Below are positions 1 to 8,935 of a stretch of 32,000 bases of DNA, one piece after another (the stretch's first letter is position 1; each line of letters begins with the position of its first letter). The DNA comes from Desulfocapsa sulfexigens DSM 10523 (GTDB taxonomy: Bacteria; Desulfobacterota; Desulfobulbia; Desulfobulbales; Desulfocapsaceae), in assembly GCF_000341395.1 (NCBI RefSeq), contig NC_020304.1, positions 960,001-992,000 on the forward strand, in the 5' to 3' direction. Position numbers and translations under genes: made by a program. The notes beneath the pieces were generated by a model, which worked only from the letters and a program-made list of their open reading frames with translations, was not told where the DNA came from and made no database searches.

Positions 1-325
1 TCAGCACGAATCAGGAAGCTGTATCGTAATCTATTTGGTAAATGGAAGAAACGAGTGATGAAGACTGATCTTCAAGCCTCCATCTTCGATAAAATTACCA
101 TTAAAGGTGTATCCAACCCTGGCCTCTTTACCTGCATCCAAGTAGAAATCACCCATATTTTCTCAGTACCCCCCAGGTTAAAAACCCCGATTACTCTTTG
201 TAACCATACCTGGTGACAGGCTCTGAAAATACGCCAAAACACCTTCACTGTCAATAGACCATAAAAGACTGTTCTGCCCTGCAGACAAACGTAAAAGACC
301 GAACTACATATTGCTGAAAACCAAC

Positions 326-1678
326 TTATTCCAAACCTAATTTTTTAATCTTCCGCCATAAAGAAACTCGGTCAATCCCCAGAGCTTTAGCGGCTTCGGT
401 CTTGTTGAACCCTGTTTCCTTAAGTATCCATTCAATATAGGATTTTTCTACCTCTTCCATACTTGCGTACTTTCCAGCACTTTTTCTGAAGGTCTGGATA
501 TCCAAATTACGAAGGTCATCCGGTATTTGAGCAAGACCCAGAGTATTGCCAGTAGCAAGGGCAACTCCTCGTTCGACTATATTTTCAAGTTCTCGAACAT
601 TTCCTGGAAAGTCATAATGCTGTAGGGTATCAAGCACATCCTGACTTATCTCGGTGATTTGTTTTCTCATTGAAGAATTATATTTGTCGAGAAAAAATCG
701 CACAAGAAGTGGAATGTCATCTTTGCGATCAGAAAGGGGTGGGATTTTTAAAGAAACAACGTTGATCCGGTAAAAAAGATCCTGTCTGAAATGACCGGAT
801 CTTACCTCTTTTTCAAGGTCCCTGTTGGTCGCTGCAACAAAACGGACATTCACCTTCACCGGTTTCGTCCCACCAACTCGCATTACCTCCTGCTCCTGTA
901 ACACTCTCAGGAATTTAACCTGCATGGACAGCGGCATTTCTGTGATTTCATCTAAAAAAAGAGTACCGCCATCCGCCATCTCCACCAACCCCTTCTTGTC
1001 CTGATCGGCGCCAGTAAAGGCGCCCTGGCTATGTCCAAAAAGCTCATTGGTCAACAACTCCTCACTGAAGGCTCCGCAGTTTATTGACAGCATTGTCTGT
1101 TCATTTCGAGGACTGGATCTGTGAATATATTTAGCCAGGAGCTCTTTTCCGGTACCTGACTCGCCACTGATAACTATATTAGTGTCTGTACCGGCTACCT
1201 GTTTGGCTACCTCAAGAAGTCCCTTCATTAAATGGTTGTGAGTCACGATCTGCAACTGGGATTCCTGGCAAGCAGATTCCTTTCGCAACTCCTCAACCTC
1301 CTGAATAAGCTGATATTTTTGAACAGCCTCAAAAACAACCTTGCGAACCTCTTCCAGTTTAAAAGGTTTGGTGATGTAATGATATGCTCCTGCTTTTAAG
1401 GATTCCACTGCAGAGTCGACGGTGGAAAACCCGGTAATCATGATGACCTCGGTTTGCGGGTATAATGATTTAACGCGTTTTAAGACCTGCATTCCATCAA
1501 CCTGTGGCATTTTGAGATCTGTCAGGACCAGGGGAAACTCATTTTTTTCCAAATAACTCAATGCCTGTTTCCCGCTCTTGGCTGCAACCACCTGGTATCC
1601 CTCTTTCCTTAAAACATGACAGAGGTTTTTTAAGGCCACTTCCTCATCATCAACAACTAAAATATCAACTTCCGACAT
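326..1678 (-). CDS. Sigma-54-dependent two-component response regulator (NtrC/AtoC-type enhancer-binding protein)
   Basis: 450-aa ORF. N-terminal receiver domain (ILVVDDEE, LTDLKMPQVDG). AAA+ activator core with Walker A GESGTGKE and the GAFTGA sigma-54 contact loop. C-terminal Fis-type HTH (NKTEAAKALGIDRVSLWRKIKK). Its ATG shares one base with the TGA of the upstream kinase gene (TGATG on the minus strand at 1676-1680). Confidence 0.95.
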   Translation of the reverse strand: MSEVDILVVDDEEVALKNLCHVLRKEGYQVVAAKSGKQALSYLEKNEFPLVLTDLKMPQVDGMQVLKRVKSLYPQTEVIMITGFSTVDSAVESLKAGAYHYITKPFKLEEVRKVVFEAVQKYQLIQEVEELRKESACQESQLQIVTHNHLMKGLLEVAKQVAGTDTNIVISGESGTGKELLAKYIHRSSPRNEQTMLSINCGAFSEELLTNELFGHSQGAFTGADQDKKGLVEMADGGTLFLDEITEMPLSMQVKFLRVLQEQEVMRVGGTKPVKVNVRFVAATNRDLEKEVRSGHFRQDLFYRINVVSLKIPPLSDRKDDIPLLVRFFLDKYNSSMRKQITEISQDVLDTLQHYDFPGNVRELENIVERGVALATGNTLGLAQIPDDLRNLDIQTFRKSAGKYASMEEVEKSYIEWILKETGFNKTEAAKALGIDRVSLWRKIKKLGLE

Positions 1679-3075
1679 CAGGAAATCTCCCCGGCAGGAA
1701 GAATGATGGTGAACACCGCTCCCTTGCCCGCACTATCAACAGTAATTCGACCACCATGCTGAACAATAATATCGTGAACTATAAAGAGACCAAGACCGGA
1801 TCCCTGCCCTGTATCCTTAGTCGTAAAAAAAGGATCAAAAATCTTTTCCTGCATTTTTTGGGGAATGCCCGGGCCATTATCGCTGATAGCGATTTTCACA
1901 TCTCCATGATTCTTCCAGGCTCTGATTATTATCACCCCCTGACCGTCCAAGGCATCAATACCATTTCTCAAAAGATTAATGAACACCTGCTGAATTTTTT
2001 GTTTATCTGCAAAAATCTCAATCTCATCAGACACAGCCAGTTGGATTTCTATGTTTTTTAAAGATTGCCCTCGAAGCAGATCTAATATCTCCTGTAAAAG
2101 CGGCTTGAGCAGGTAATGATTCCTTTGGAATTTTTCTTCCCGGGCCAAGGACAACAAGGTATGGACAATAGCTGCGGCACGATTGGCTTCCGCACTTATC
2201 TGCGCAACTAATTCAAGGGCAAAGATATCATCTTTAGCATCAAGCTCCTCGGCAAGAATCTGTGCTGAACTGGATATGTTCGAAAGCGGATTGTTGAATT
2301 CATGGGCCACACCAGCCAGCATGGTACCCAAAGAAGCAAGTTTTTCAGATCGCACCAGCTGCTGTTGACGAATTTTAAGCTCCCGGCTCATCCGGTTAAA
2401 CGCATTGACAAGGTTATTAATTTCCTGGTCTGAACCGACGTTTGGTAATTCCACAAAATTTCCTGCGGCAATCTTTGCAGCATGTCGTTCCAGTTGCTGC
2501 AGAGACGATACAATTCCCTTCCCCAGTAAAGCAGCAACAGCGCTAAAAAACAGGACGAAAACTGGCAATCCACCTAACAGACTATTTCTGATCAAAGCCA
2601 AAAGACGATGGATGGTTCGATGTTCCCGAACTATAAGTTCTTCCGTCAGGGTAGTAAGACGACTTCCCTGCTCACGAATTTTTTCCGCTATTAAATCACC
2701 ATCGGCCCCAGGGTCTTGGAATTGCACAAAGGTCGCCTTATAAACATCAAGGGCGTGTTGAATCTCAGTAATTTCTGCAAAAGAACTGAGTCTGACAAAA
2801 AGCTCGTTGTTTGTAACCAACTGACGGCTCACTGCATCAAGATACTCCAGCCACCGCTCCATGGACTCCTTATCACGATACAATAAATAATTCTTCTCCA
2901 TCAGCCGCACTTCGAGGATATCTTCTAAAAACACATCCGCCTTTTCAATGGTAAAATGTTTCTCTTCCACCACACGAACAATCCAATAGGTAATACTCGA
3001 ACTGACGATCATAAAAGCCAGCAACAGATAAAACCAGAAAGTTATTTTACTGCGGATACCACCGGGTTGACGCAT
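1678..3075 (-). CDS. Membrane sensor histidine kinase (two TM segments, about 150-aa extracytoplasmic helical sensor, HAMP, HisKA, HATPase_c)
   Basis: 465-aa ORF. Two hydrophobic segments ([23 protein letters not shown] and [18 protein letters not shown]) bracket a helical domain. HAMP-like linker, H-box HEFNNPLS, N-box LLRNGIDA, G-boxes DNGPGI and GSGLGL. Translationally coupled to the response regulator. Confidence 0.93.
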   Translation of the reverse strand: MRQPGGIRSKITFWFYLLLAFMIVSSSITYWIVRVVEEKHFTIEKADVFLEDILEVRLMEKNYLLYRDKESMERWLEYLDAVSRQLVTNNELFVRLSSFAEITEIQHALDVYKATFVQFQDPGADGDLIAEKIREQGSRLTTLTEELIVREHRTIHRLLALIRNSLLGGLPVFVLFFSAVAALLGKGIVSSLQQLERHAAKIAAGNFVELPNVGSDQEINNLVNAFNRMSRELKIRQQQLVRSEKLASLGTMLAGVAHEFNNPLSNISSSAQILAEELDAKDDIFALELVAQISAEANRAAAIVHTLLSLAREEKFQRNHYLLKPLLQEILDLLRGQSLKNIEIQLAVSDEIEIFADKQKIQQVFINLLRNGIDALDGQGVIIIRAWKNHGDVKIAISDNGPGIPQKMQEKIFDPFFTTKDTGQGSGLGLFIVHDIIVQHGGRITVDSAGKGAVFTIILPAGEIS

Positions 3076-3229
3076 ATTCTCCCTCCTAGAAGTAAACCCT
3101 CATCACCAGACTACCGTAAAAACAGTCCACCATACAACCATGCGTTTCATAATGCAACAAGACGTTCTATATTGAAACTGAAGCCATCAGCTACGTATTT
3201 AGGGGCTAAGCAACACCCAACCAGGGACA

Positions 3230-3244
3230 GTTGCAATATGCAAC
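3230..3244. promoter_or_regulatory. Perfect palindrome GTTGCA-ATA-TGCAAC, candidate enhancer (UAS) or operator site
   Basis: Read directly at 3230-3244, about 70-80 bp upstream of the -24/-12 element. An extra TGCAAC half-site lies at 3153-3158. A one-mismatch copy (GTTACA-AAT-TGCAAC) lies at 13065-13079, upstream of the beta-carbonic anhydrase gene. Confidence 0.35.
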
Positions 3245-3310
3245 GCACCATCTTTTTTCAGCACAAGAAAATACGACCTTTTTACAATAACTTAGCCTCA
3301 AGCCACTTCC

Positions 3311-3326
3311 TGGCACGGGATATGCT
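3311..3326 (+). promoter_or_regulatory. Sigma-54 (-24/-12) promoter candidate
   Basis: TGGCAC-GGGAT-ATGCTT compared with the consensus TGGCAC-N5-TTGCW. GG and GC are at the correct spacing. It lies 64-79 nt upstream of the first plus-strand gene, and a sigma-54 activator gene pair is divergently adjacent. Confidence 0.55.
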
Positions 3327-3389
3327 TAAGCACATGCTTAACAACGGGCCAATATACCTTGTAAAGAAAGCAAACTCCCGGGAAGATTA

Positions 3390-3806
3390 GTGCAGCAAAA
3401 AGCCATGAGTAACAAAAAGGTGCTTCTGGTGGTCAACTCTTCATCGCTACATGAAAAGTTGATTCTCCATGGCATAAATCTGAGCAGGAGAATGGATGCC
3501 TCTCTGGAGATTCTTCACCTGTTAGATGAAGAGTCTGGCGACAGGGCAACCCAAAGCTTCAAAAAAAGTATAAAAAAGATCCATTCTGACCAGGCAGTGG
3601 GATATATCCAACTTATAAAGCACAGAGGCCTAACCACTGAAACCGTTGAATATGCTCAAAACAGGAGGAACATCCTTTGTGTGATGCTCTGCCTGAAGGG
3701 CAAAGGACTTCCAAGTAAAAAAGGAATCCGCCAGGAAAAATTCGAGGAAATAACACAATTACTTAATTGCCCCGTGGTGCTCTATACAAAGAGTCCAATT
3801 GGCTAA
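3390..3806 (+). CDS. Universal-stress-protein-like (USP/adenine-nucleotide alpha-hydrolase fold) protein
   Basis: 138-aa ORF with a GTG start at 3390 (alternative ATG at 3405, MSNKKVLLVV). Alternating beta-alpha pattern typical of USP domains (KKVLLVVNSS ... ILCVMLCLKG ... CPVVLY). No clear G-x2-G-x9-G(S/T) ATP motif. First gene after the sigma-54 promoter. Confidence 0.55.
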   Translation: MQQKAMSNKKVLLVVNSSSLHEKLILHGINLSRRMDASLEILHLLDEESGDRATQSFKKSIKKIHSDQAVGYIQLIKHRGLTTETVEYAQNRRNILCVMLCLKGKGLPSKKGIRQEKFEEITQLLNCPVVLYTKSPIG

Positions 3807-3826
3807 CAAAATTTGGAGGATAGAAA

Positions 3827-4069
3827 ATGAAAATTCTCATTGGCATTACCCAGGATGTGGAAGCAACGAAAAACAAATTATCAACACAATATAAAGGTCT
3901 AGGTACATCCACCGAGGCCGGCCCATTTAAAACAAAAGATGAGGCCTTAAACTGGAAGAATTTCATGATAAACAGGCGGGACAACTATGTGGAAATCAAA
4001 ACATCAGCCCCCTCTGGCAGTGAAGCCTACTGGTTCGGTATCACAGTTGAAAGCCCGGAAACCCATTAA
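3827..4069 (+). CDS. Hypothetical 80-aa protein
   Basis: ORF preceded by GGAGGA 7-8 nt upstream of the ATG. Short gaps to neighbouring same-strand genes (20 and 29 nt). No family recognised. Confidence 0.55.
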   Translation: MKILIGITQDVEATKNKLSTQYKGLGTSTEAGPFKTKDEALNWKNFMINRRDNYVEIKTSAPSGSEAYWFGITVESPETH

Positions 4070-4098
4070 GCTCACCACAAACAGAGGACTTACACATC

Positions 4099-5280
4099 AT
4101 GAACACCCCCTACCTACAGGCCCATATTATCCGCAAGCTGGCCCCATTCAAGGTTGATGGCCTGGCAATCCCTTATCCGGAGTTTGTTCCCAAACTCTAT
4201 AACCTCTGCATGACCCTCGGCTTTCGTAAAGGGCTGATCATGCCATCCCGGGCGTTTTGTTCCGATGAAAACCAAGGATGGCCCATCATTCTCTTGACCA
4301 AACACTTTAACACATTCCCCTTTAATCATGGCCGAGTTGGTGGCATTGTCGCTATTGACCGTCACGGTCCCCACGCTCACCACGGAGAAGATTCGGTGAT
4401 CGTCCAGGCCAGTCATGTTGGCTACGACCCTGCAACAGGCGGTTACGGAACCTGTACCCGACCAAAGATGGAGGGAACCTGCACCTCAGTTTCCTGTGGT
4501 AAGATTACACATGTAATCACTCCCTATTTGGAACAGTATTACTTTGCCAGAGAACGTATTTTTCTCCACCGGGACGACAAAGGGAACCATTTGATCACCG
4601 TAAAGAATTCATTTATTGATTTTGATATCCATCCGGTGGCAAGCGGCTTGGTTCTCAATCTGGAAAACATCGTAAAACCAAATAGTGACGGCAAAATAGA
4701 GCCGATTGCTGCTATCAGTACCAGTCAAACCTATGAAGTGTCTGAAAAGTTTCGCAAGAAGATTGATGCCACAGGATATGTTTGGAAAGAGGGTGACGGA
4801 GAGAAGATTGGAGCTCACCTCAGTTCCGACCTTTTCTATTTTCGGGAGGATTTCCACGAACAGGATGAGTCCATCCTCCTGGAAAAAAACCTTATTGAAT
4901 TTATGCCCACCATTGTCACTTCTCCTGCGCCACCACTGCGCGCAGCCAAAGTCAACATACAGCTCGAATTTGCCAGAACCATGGAATCCATTCGCCGCGG
5001 GACTGAATATGCAGGTAAAAACCTTCTCTATATAGCCGGACTCAATATCGACATTTCAGAGCATGAGGAATACCCGGCCACCACCTATTTTGTTCCCTGG
5101 GCCGCCTATATCCAACTCAAAGATGGAACGCCCGCAGAGTATGCCCATCCTGTCGAACAGGATCGCCTCTTTGAACTCGTCATGGCTCAAGAAAGTGAGA
5201 ATCCCGAACAGGCAGACCTCAAGGAACAAATTGGAAGGATGTTGCGGACACCCCGCTTTGATATTCGCTCACCCAAATAA
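4099..5280 (+). CDS. Conserved hypothetical protein, candidate LCIB/LCIC-type beta-carbonic-anhydrase-like protein
   Basis: 393-aa ORF. Residues C54-S-D56-E-N, H106 and C128 or C133 have the spacing I recall for the Cys-His-Cys zinc site of LCIB-family beta-CAs (about 52-56 and 22-27 residues). His-rich patch DRHGPHAHHGED. The CDS call is solid. The function is a hypothesis. Confidence 0.8.
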   Translation: MNTPYLQAHIIRKLAPFKVDGLAIPYPEFVPKLYNLCMTLGFRKGLIMPSRAFCSDENQGWPIILLTKHFNTFPFNHGRVGGIVAIDRHGPHAHHGEDSVIVQASHVGYDPATGGYGTCTRPKMEGTCTSVSCGKITHVITPYLEQYYFARERIFLHRDDKGNHLITVKNSFIDFDIHPVASGLVLNLENIVKPNSDGKIEPIAAISTSQTYEVSEKFRKKIDATGYVWKEGDGEKIGAHLSSDLFYFREDFHEQDESILLEKNLIEFMPTIVTSPAPPLRAAKVNIQLEFARTMESIRRGTEYAGKNLLYIAGLNIDISEHEEYPATTYFVPWAAYIQLKDGTPAEYAHPVEQDRLFELVMAQESENPEQADLKEQIGRMLRTPRFDIRSPK

Positions 5281-5304
5281 TATTACCACATAATAGATAA
5301 AGCA

Positions 5305-5332
5305 ATTGGCCCGGACTGAACGCCGGGCCAAT
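5305..5332 (+). promoter_or_regulatory. Intercistronic GC-rich stem-loop (10-bp perfect stem, 8-nt loop)
   Basis: ATTGGCCCGG-actgaacg-CCGGGCCAAT between the 393-aa gene and the first membrane subunit gene. A short T-run (AATTTTTC) follows after 9 nt. It could be an mRNA processing or stability element or a partial terminator that sets stoichiometry. Confidence 0.4.
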
Positions 5333-5360
5333 GGATATTAATTTTTCAGGAGGGAAATGA

Positions 5361-7316
5361 ATGGACACTTTGTTTGTGTCAATAGCCGTGATTATTGCCG
5401 GAGGGGTGGCAGGACTACTCCTTTACCGGCAATTTACCCTGATGAAGCTGGTGGCAATTGCTACAACTTCAGCAGGTTGCGGAATTGGACTTTTTTTCAC
5501 ACTACCGAATTTATTTAGCAGTGCAGCGTATACTGTTTCCTACAACTGGCTGCATGTCTGCAACCTGGCCTTCAGCATTGACAGTGTATCGCTCTTCTTT
5601 TTGATACCTATTTTTGTCATTCCACCCCTGGCACTGATATACAGTTTTCATTACCTTGAAAATAGTGCCAAGAAGTTCCGGGCAGGAGTCAACTATTTCT
5701 TCTTCAGTGTCCTGGTCGCCTCCATGGCCCTGGTGGTTATGTCCGCCAACATGATTACCTTCCTTCTGGCCTGGGAATTGATGAGTCTCTCTTCCTTCTT
5801 TCTGGTCATGTACGACTACGAGGTTGAAAGTAATCGCAAGGCAGGTTATCTCTATTTTATTTTTGCCCAGGGCGGTGCCATGCTTCTCTTTGCCGCATTT
5901 GCCCTCATTTACAGCCATACAGCAAGCTTTGATTTCACCAGTTTTGCCACCATCCCGGATCAGGTCAAGCTCTATGTTTTCATTATTGCCTTCCTGGGTT
6001 TTGGATCTAAAGCTGGTATATTCCCCCTCCATATCTGGCTACCTAAGGCCCATCCCGCAGCCCCCAGTCATATCTCGGCCATTATGTCCGGGGTAATGAT
6101 CAAGATGGGAATCTACGGCATCTTCCGGATTTACCTCCTCCTTGACACACCGACGCCCCTCATCGGCCAGATCGTACTGGTTACCGGGATGGTCACCGGA
6201 ATCCTTGGCGTAGTCTATGCTCTCGCTAAGCAGGACATCAAATCAATGCTTGCCTATAGCTCGGTGGAAAATATTGGTATCATCCTTATTGGACTCGGTA
6301 TTGGAATGGTGGGTGTCTCGGAACAGAATCAGGCCATGGCCTTTTTCGGTTTTGCCGGGGCCATGATGCATGTCTTCAATCATTCAATCTTCAAATCATT
6401 ACTCTTTATGGGGGCAGGAGCAGTACTCCATAAAACGAAAACCAAGAACATCGAGGAACTTGGAGGCCTGATGAAACGAATGCCCTTCACCGGGCGAACC
6501 TTTCTGGTCGGCTCTGTCGCCATCTCCGGCCTGCCGCCCTTCAGTGGATTCATCGGTGAATTTCTTATCTATTACGGTGCATTTCAAGGACTCTCAAGTC
6601 AAAAACTGCCTTTCATATTGATCGTTTTGTCCATTGTTTCTCTTGCTGTTATCGGTGGATTAGCTGCTGCCTGTTTTACCAAGGTAGTGGGCCTGGCATT
6701 CCTTGGAGAACCCAGAACCGAAAATGCGGCAAACGCCAAAGAGTGTGGAATGTCCATGCGATTAGTCATGGGTGTCATGGCCCTTGCCTGTCTGGCTGTT
6801 GGTGTCCTGCCGGAACCATTCGTCAACCTGGCATTTCTGGGGATAGCAAATATTCAGACGGCAGCAGGATTCAGCACTGCCTCTTTTATCGTTATTATCC
6901 GCAACATTTCACAAACTGCAGCCCTTTTTATTGGTATTTTCATTCTGGTCAGCATCCTGCGTAAGGTGCTGTATGCCCGAAAAGAAATCGGCAGCGGTGG
7001 CACCTGGGGCTGCGGATTCACCCAGCCCACCGTCCGCATGCAGTATACAGGAGCGTCCTATGCAGATGAAATGGTAAGTTTCTTCAAACCCTTTGTGCCC
7101 ATTACAACTCTGTACAGTGGCATCAGAGAAATCTTCCCCGGCCAGACCACCTGGAGCATCAGGGTGGCAGATATTGCCGAAAGCAATTACCAGCGCTTCC
7201 TCACCACGCCCCTGTTGAATTTTGTGACCAGGATGAAATGGATTCAGCATGGCAACATCCAGCTGTATATCGGCTACATTATTGTGGCCATTGTGGTCCT
7301 GCTTCTCTTTTTATAA
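5361..7316 (+). CDS. ehrA: NuoL/HyfB/MrpA-like proton-conducting antiporter subunit (EhrA-like)
   Basis: 651-aa polytopic membrane ORF with the NuoL/M/N family motif WLPKAHPAAPSHISAIMSGVMIKMG. First gene of a block with the ehrABCDLS order described for Geobacter. The symbol is given by analogy only. Confidence 0.92.
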   Translation: MDTLFVSIAVIIAGGVAGLLLYRQFTLMKLVAIATTSAGCGIGLFFTLPNLFSSAAYTVSYNWLHVCNLAFSIDSVSLFFLIPIFVIPPLALIYSFHYLENSAKKFRAGVNYFFFSVLVASMALVVMSANMITFLLAWELMSLSSFFLVMYDYEVESNRKAGYLYFIFAQGGAMLLFAAFALIYSHTASFDFTSFATIPDQVKLYVFIIAFLGFGSKAGIFPLHIWLPKAHPAAPSHISAIMSGVMIKMGIYGIFRIYLLLDTPTPLIGQIVLVTGMVTGILGVVYALAKQDIKSMLAYSSVENIGIILIGLGIGMVGVSEQNQAMAFFGFAGAMMHVFNHSIFKSLLFMGAGAVLHKTKTKNIEELGGLMKRMPFTGRTFLVGSVAISGLPPFSGFIGEFLIYYGAFQGLSSQKLPFILIVLSIVSLAVIGGLAAACFTKVVGLAFLGEPRTENAANAKECGMSMRLVMGVMALACLAVGVLPEPFVNLAFLGIANIQTAAGFSTASFIVIIRNISQTAALFIGIFILVSILRKVLYARKEIGSGGTWGCGFTQPTVRMQYTGASYADEMVSFFKPFVPITTLYSGIREIFPGQTTWSIRVADIAESNYQRFLTTPLLNFVTRMKWIQHGNIQLYIGYIIVAIVVLLLFL

Positions 7317-7349
7317 TCAATTAAGAACTAACGATTAGGAATACAACCA

Positions 7350-8267
7350 ATGGAATCTATACTGTCATTTTGTTTTGCGGTTCTGATCGCACCCCTTCTG
7401 CCTGCTGTAATTCAGAAGGTCAAGGCCTATTTTGCCGGGAAGCAGGGTCCCCCCCTGCTGATCAACTACTACACCATGTTCAAGCTTTTTAAAAAGGGCT
7501 CAGTTTATTCAACAAGCACCAGCTTTGTCTTCAAACTTGGACCGGTGGTTGGCTTTTCCACCAGTCTCATGATGCTCCTCTATTTCCCCATGGCAGAGAT
7601 TGCACCAATCTTTTCCTTCCATGGTGATGTGTTGATCCTCTTCTACCTCATGGGACTTGGCCGATTTTTCACCATCCTTGCGGCCCTCGATACTGCTTCC
7701 CCTTTTGAGGGAATGGGTGCTGCCCGTGAAGCCTTTTTCTCCACCCTGGCTGAAATGACCATCTTTGGCATCCTCATCCTCTTCTACAGATTAACTGGAA
7801 GTTTGAGCTTTAATGAATTTTTTTCCGGCAATCATATGATCAGCCTGATTGGGGAATACGGCGCATTGCTTATTCTTGTTGTTGTGGGACTCTATATTGT
7901 TATGTTGACGGAAAACTCCCGGGTACCGGTGGATGATCCAGCTACCCACCTGGAATTAACCATGATTCATGAGGTCATGATCCTCGATCACAGTGGTCCG
8001 GATCTGGCGCTGATCGAACTGGGAGCCTGGTTTAAACTTCTTTTTTATGCCGGTTTCCTTGCACGAATCATCGATCCCTTCCACGCAGACAATATTATCC
8101 TTAACGGACTGATCTTTTACGGGGTGGTGACTTTTATATACATCACTATCGGTGTTGTTGAATCAATCACTGCCAGATACAAAATGCCTATGGTGCCAAA
8201 ATTCATCCTGACTCCTTTTATCCTGATCTTTTTCGTCACTATACTCACCATGGGAGTTCTCCAATGA
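7350..8267 (+). CDS. ehrB: NuoH/HycD/HyfC-like membrane subunit (EhrB-like)
   Basis: 305-aa membrane ORF with the NuoH/HycD-type loop ENSRVPVDDPATHLELTMIHEVMILDHSG (compare E-x-x-R-x-P-F-D ... E-L ... E-Y-S-G). Confidence 0.92.
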   Translation: MESILSFCFAVLIAPLLPAVIQKVKAYFAGKQGPPLLINYYTMFKLFKKGSVYSTSTSFVFKLGPVVGFSTSLMMLLYFPMAEIAPIFSFHGDVLILFYLMGLGRFFTILAALDTASPFEGMGAAREAFFSTLAEMTIFGILILFYRLTGSLSFNEFFSGNHMISLIGEYGALLILVVVGLYIVMLTENSRVPVDDPATHLELTMIHEVMILDHSGPDLALIELGAWFKLLFYAGFLARIIDPFHADNIILNGLIFYGVVTFIYITIGVVESITARYKMPMVPKFILTPFILIFFVTILTMGVLQ

Positions 8268-8920
8268 TTCAAATATCCGATGCATTACTCTCCTTAACTG
8301 TTTTATCAGTTTTATTGTCACTGGGTTCCAACAGACTCATGGCTCTAGTCAAGATCATGGCCTTTCAGGGAATTGTTGTCTCCCTCATTCCACTCTTTTT
8401 GGAACAGCACTGGCCCATGAGTACCGGCTCTGTATTTTTTCTCCAGATAATGCTTTTGATTAAGGGCTTGCTCATACCCGGATTTCTTTACGCAGCCGTC
8501 AACAAAATCAAGATCAAGCGAGAAGTTGAACCGATTATCGGCTACAACGCCTCCCTTATCTTCGGGCTGAGCTTTATTCTCATCGCAGCCTTTATCACGG
8601 ACCGCCTACAGATCTCCCTGCCGATGGAAAACAATCTGTTAATGATTACTGCCGTGACAACTCTGGCTGCCGGCCTCTTCCTCCTCATGAGCCGTAAAAA
8701 AGCAATCACCCAGGTTATCGGCTACCTGATGATGGAAAATGGTATTTATCTCATCGGCACGGCCCTGGCCAAAGAGACCCACACCATGTACGTAGTTGAG
8801 TTTGGTGTACTGCTCGACCTGCTGGTTGGCATCATGATCATGGGCATCATTCTCCATAATATCAATTCATCCTATGACGATGTGGACACAGCGCTCCTGG
8901 GTAAATTAAAAGACAATTAA
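8264..8920 (+). CDS. ehrC: HyfE-like small membrane subunit (EhrC-like)
   Basis: 218-aa hydrophobic ORF. ATGA overlap with the preceding gene. Position and size match HyfE-type subunits of group-4 hydrogenase-like complexes. Confidence 0.88.
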   Translation: MIQISDALLSLTVLSVLLSLGSNRLMALVKIMAFQGIVVSLIPLFLEQHWPMSTGSVFFLQIMLLIKGLLIPGFLYAAVNKIKIKREVEPIIGYNASLIFGLSFILIAAFITDRLQISLPMENNLLMITAVTTLAAGLFLLMSRKKAITQVIGYLMMENGIYLIGTALAKETHTMYVVEFGVLLDLLVGIMIMGIILHNINSSYDDVDTALLGKLKDN

Positions 8921-8935
8921 TAAAGGTGTTATAAA

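Noticed and set aside
1-254. Edge ORFs: a plus-strand frame open from position 1 to the TGA at 211-213 (70 codons), and a minus-strand 60-aa ORF at 72-254.
   Set aside because: They overlap each other, neither has a recognisable motif or RBS, and I cannot decide between them. If either is real, the plus-strand partial gene end is slightly more plausible.
1561-3390. Plus-strand ORFs overlapping the kinase gene and the divergent intergenic region (1561-2061, 2405-2743, 2956-3390).
   Set aside because: They are shadow frames of the kinase gene. The last one would run through the promoter and UAS region and has a Pro/Ser/Thr-rich sequence that is not protein-like.
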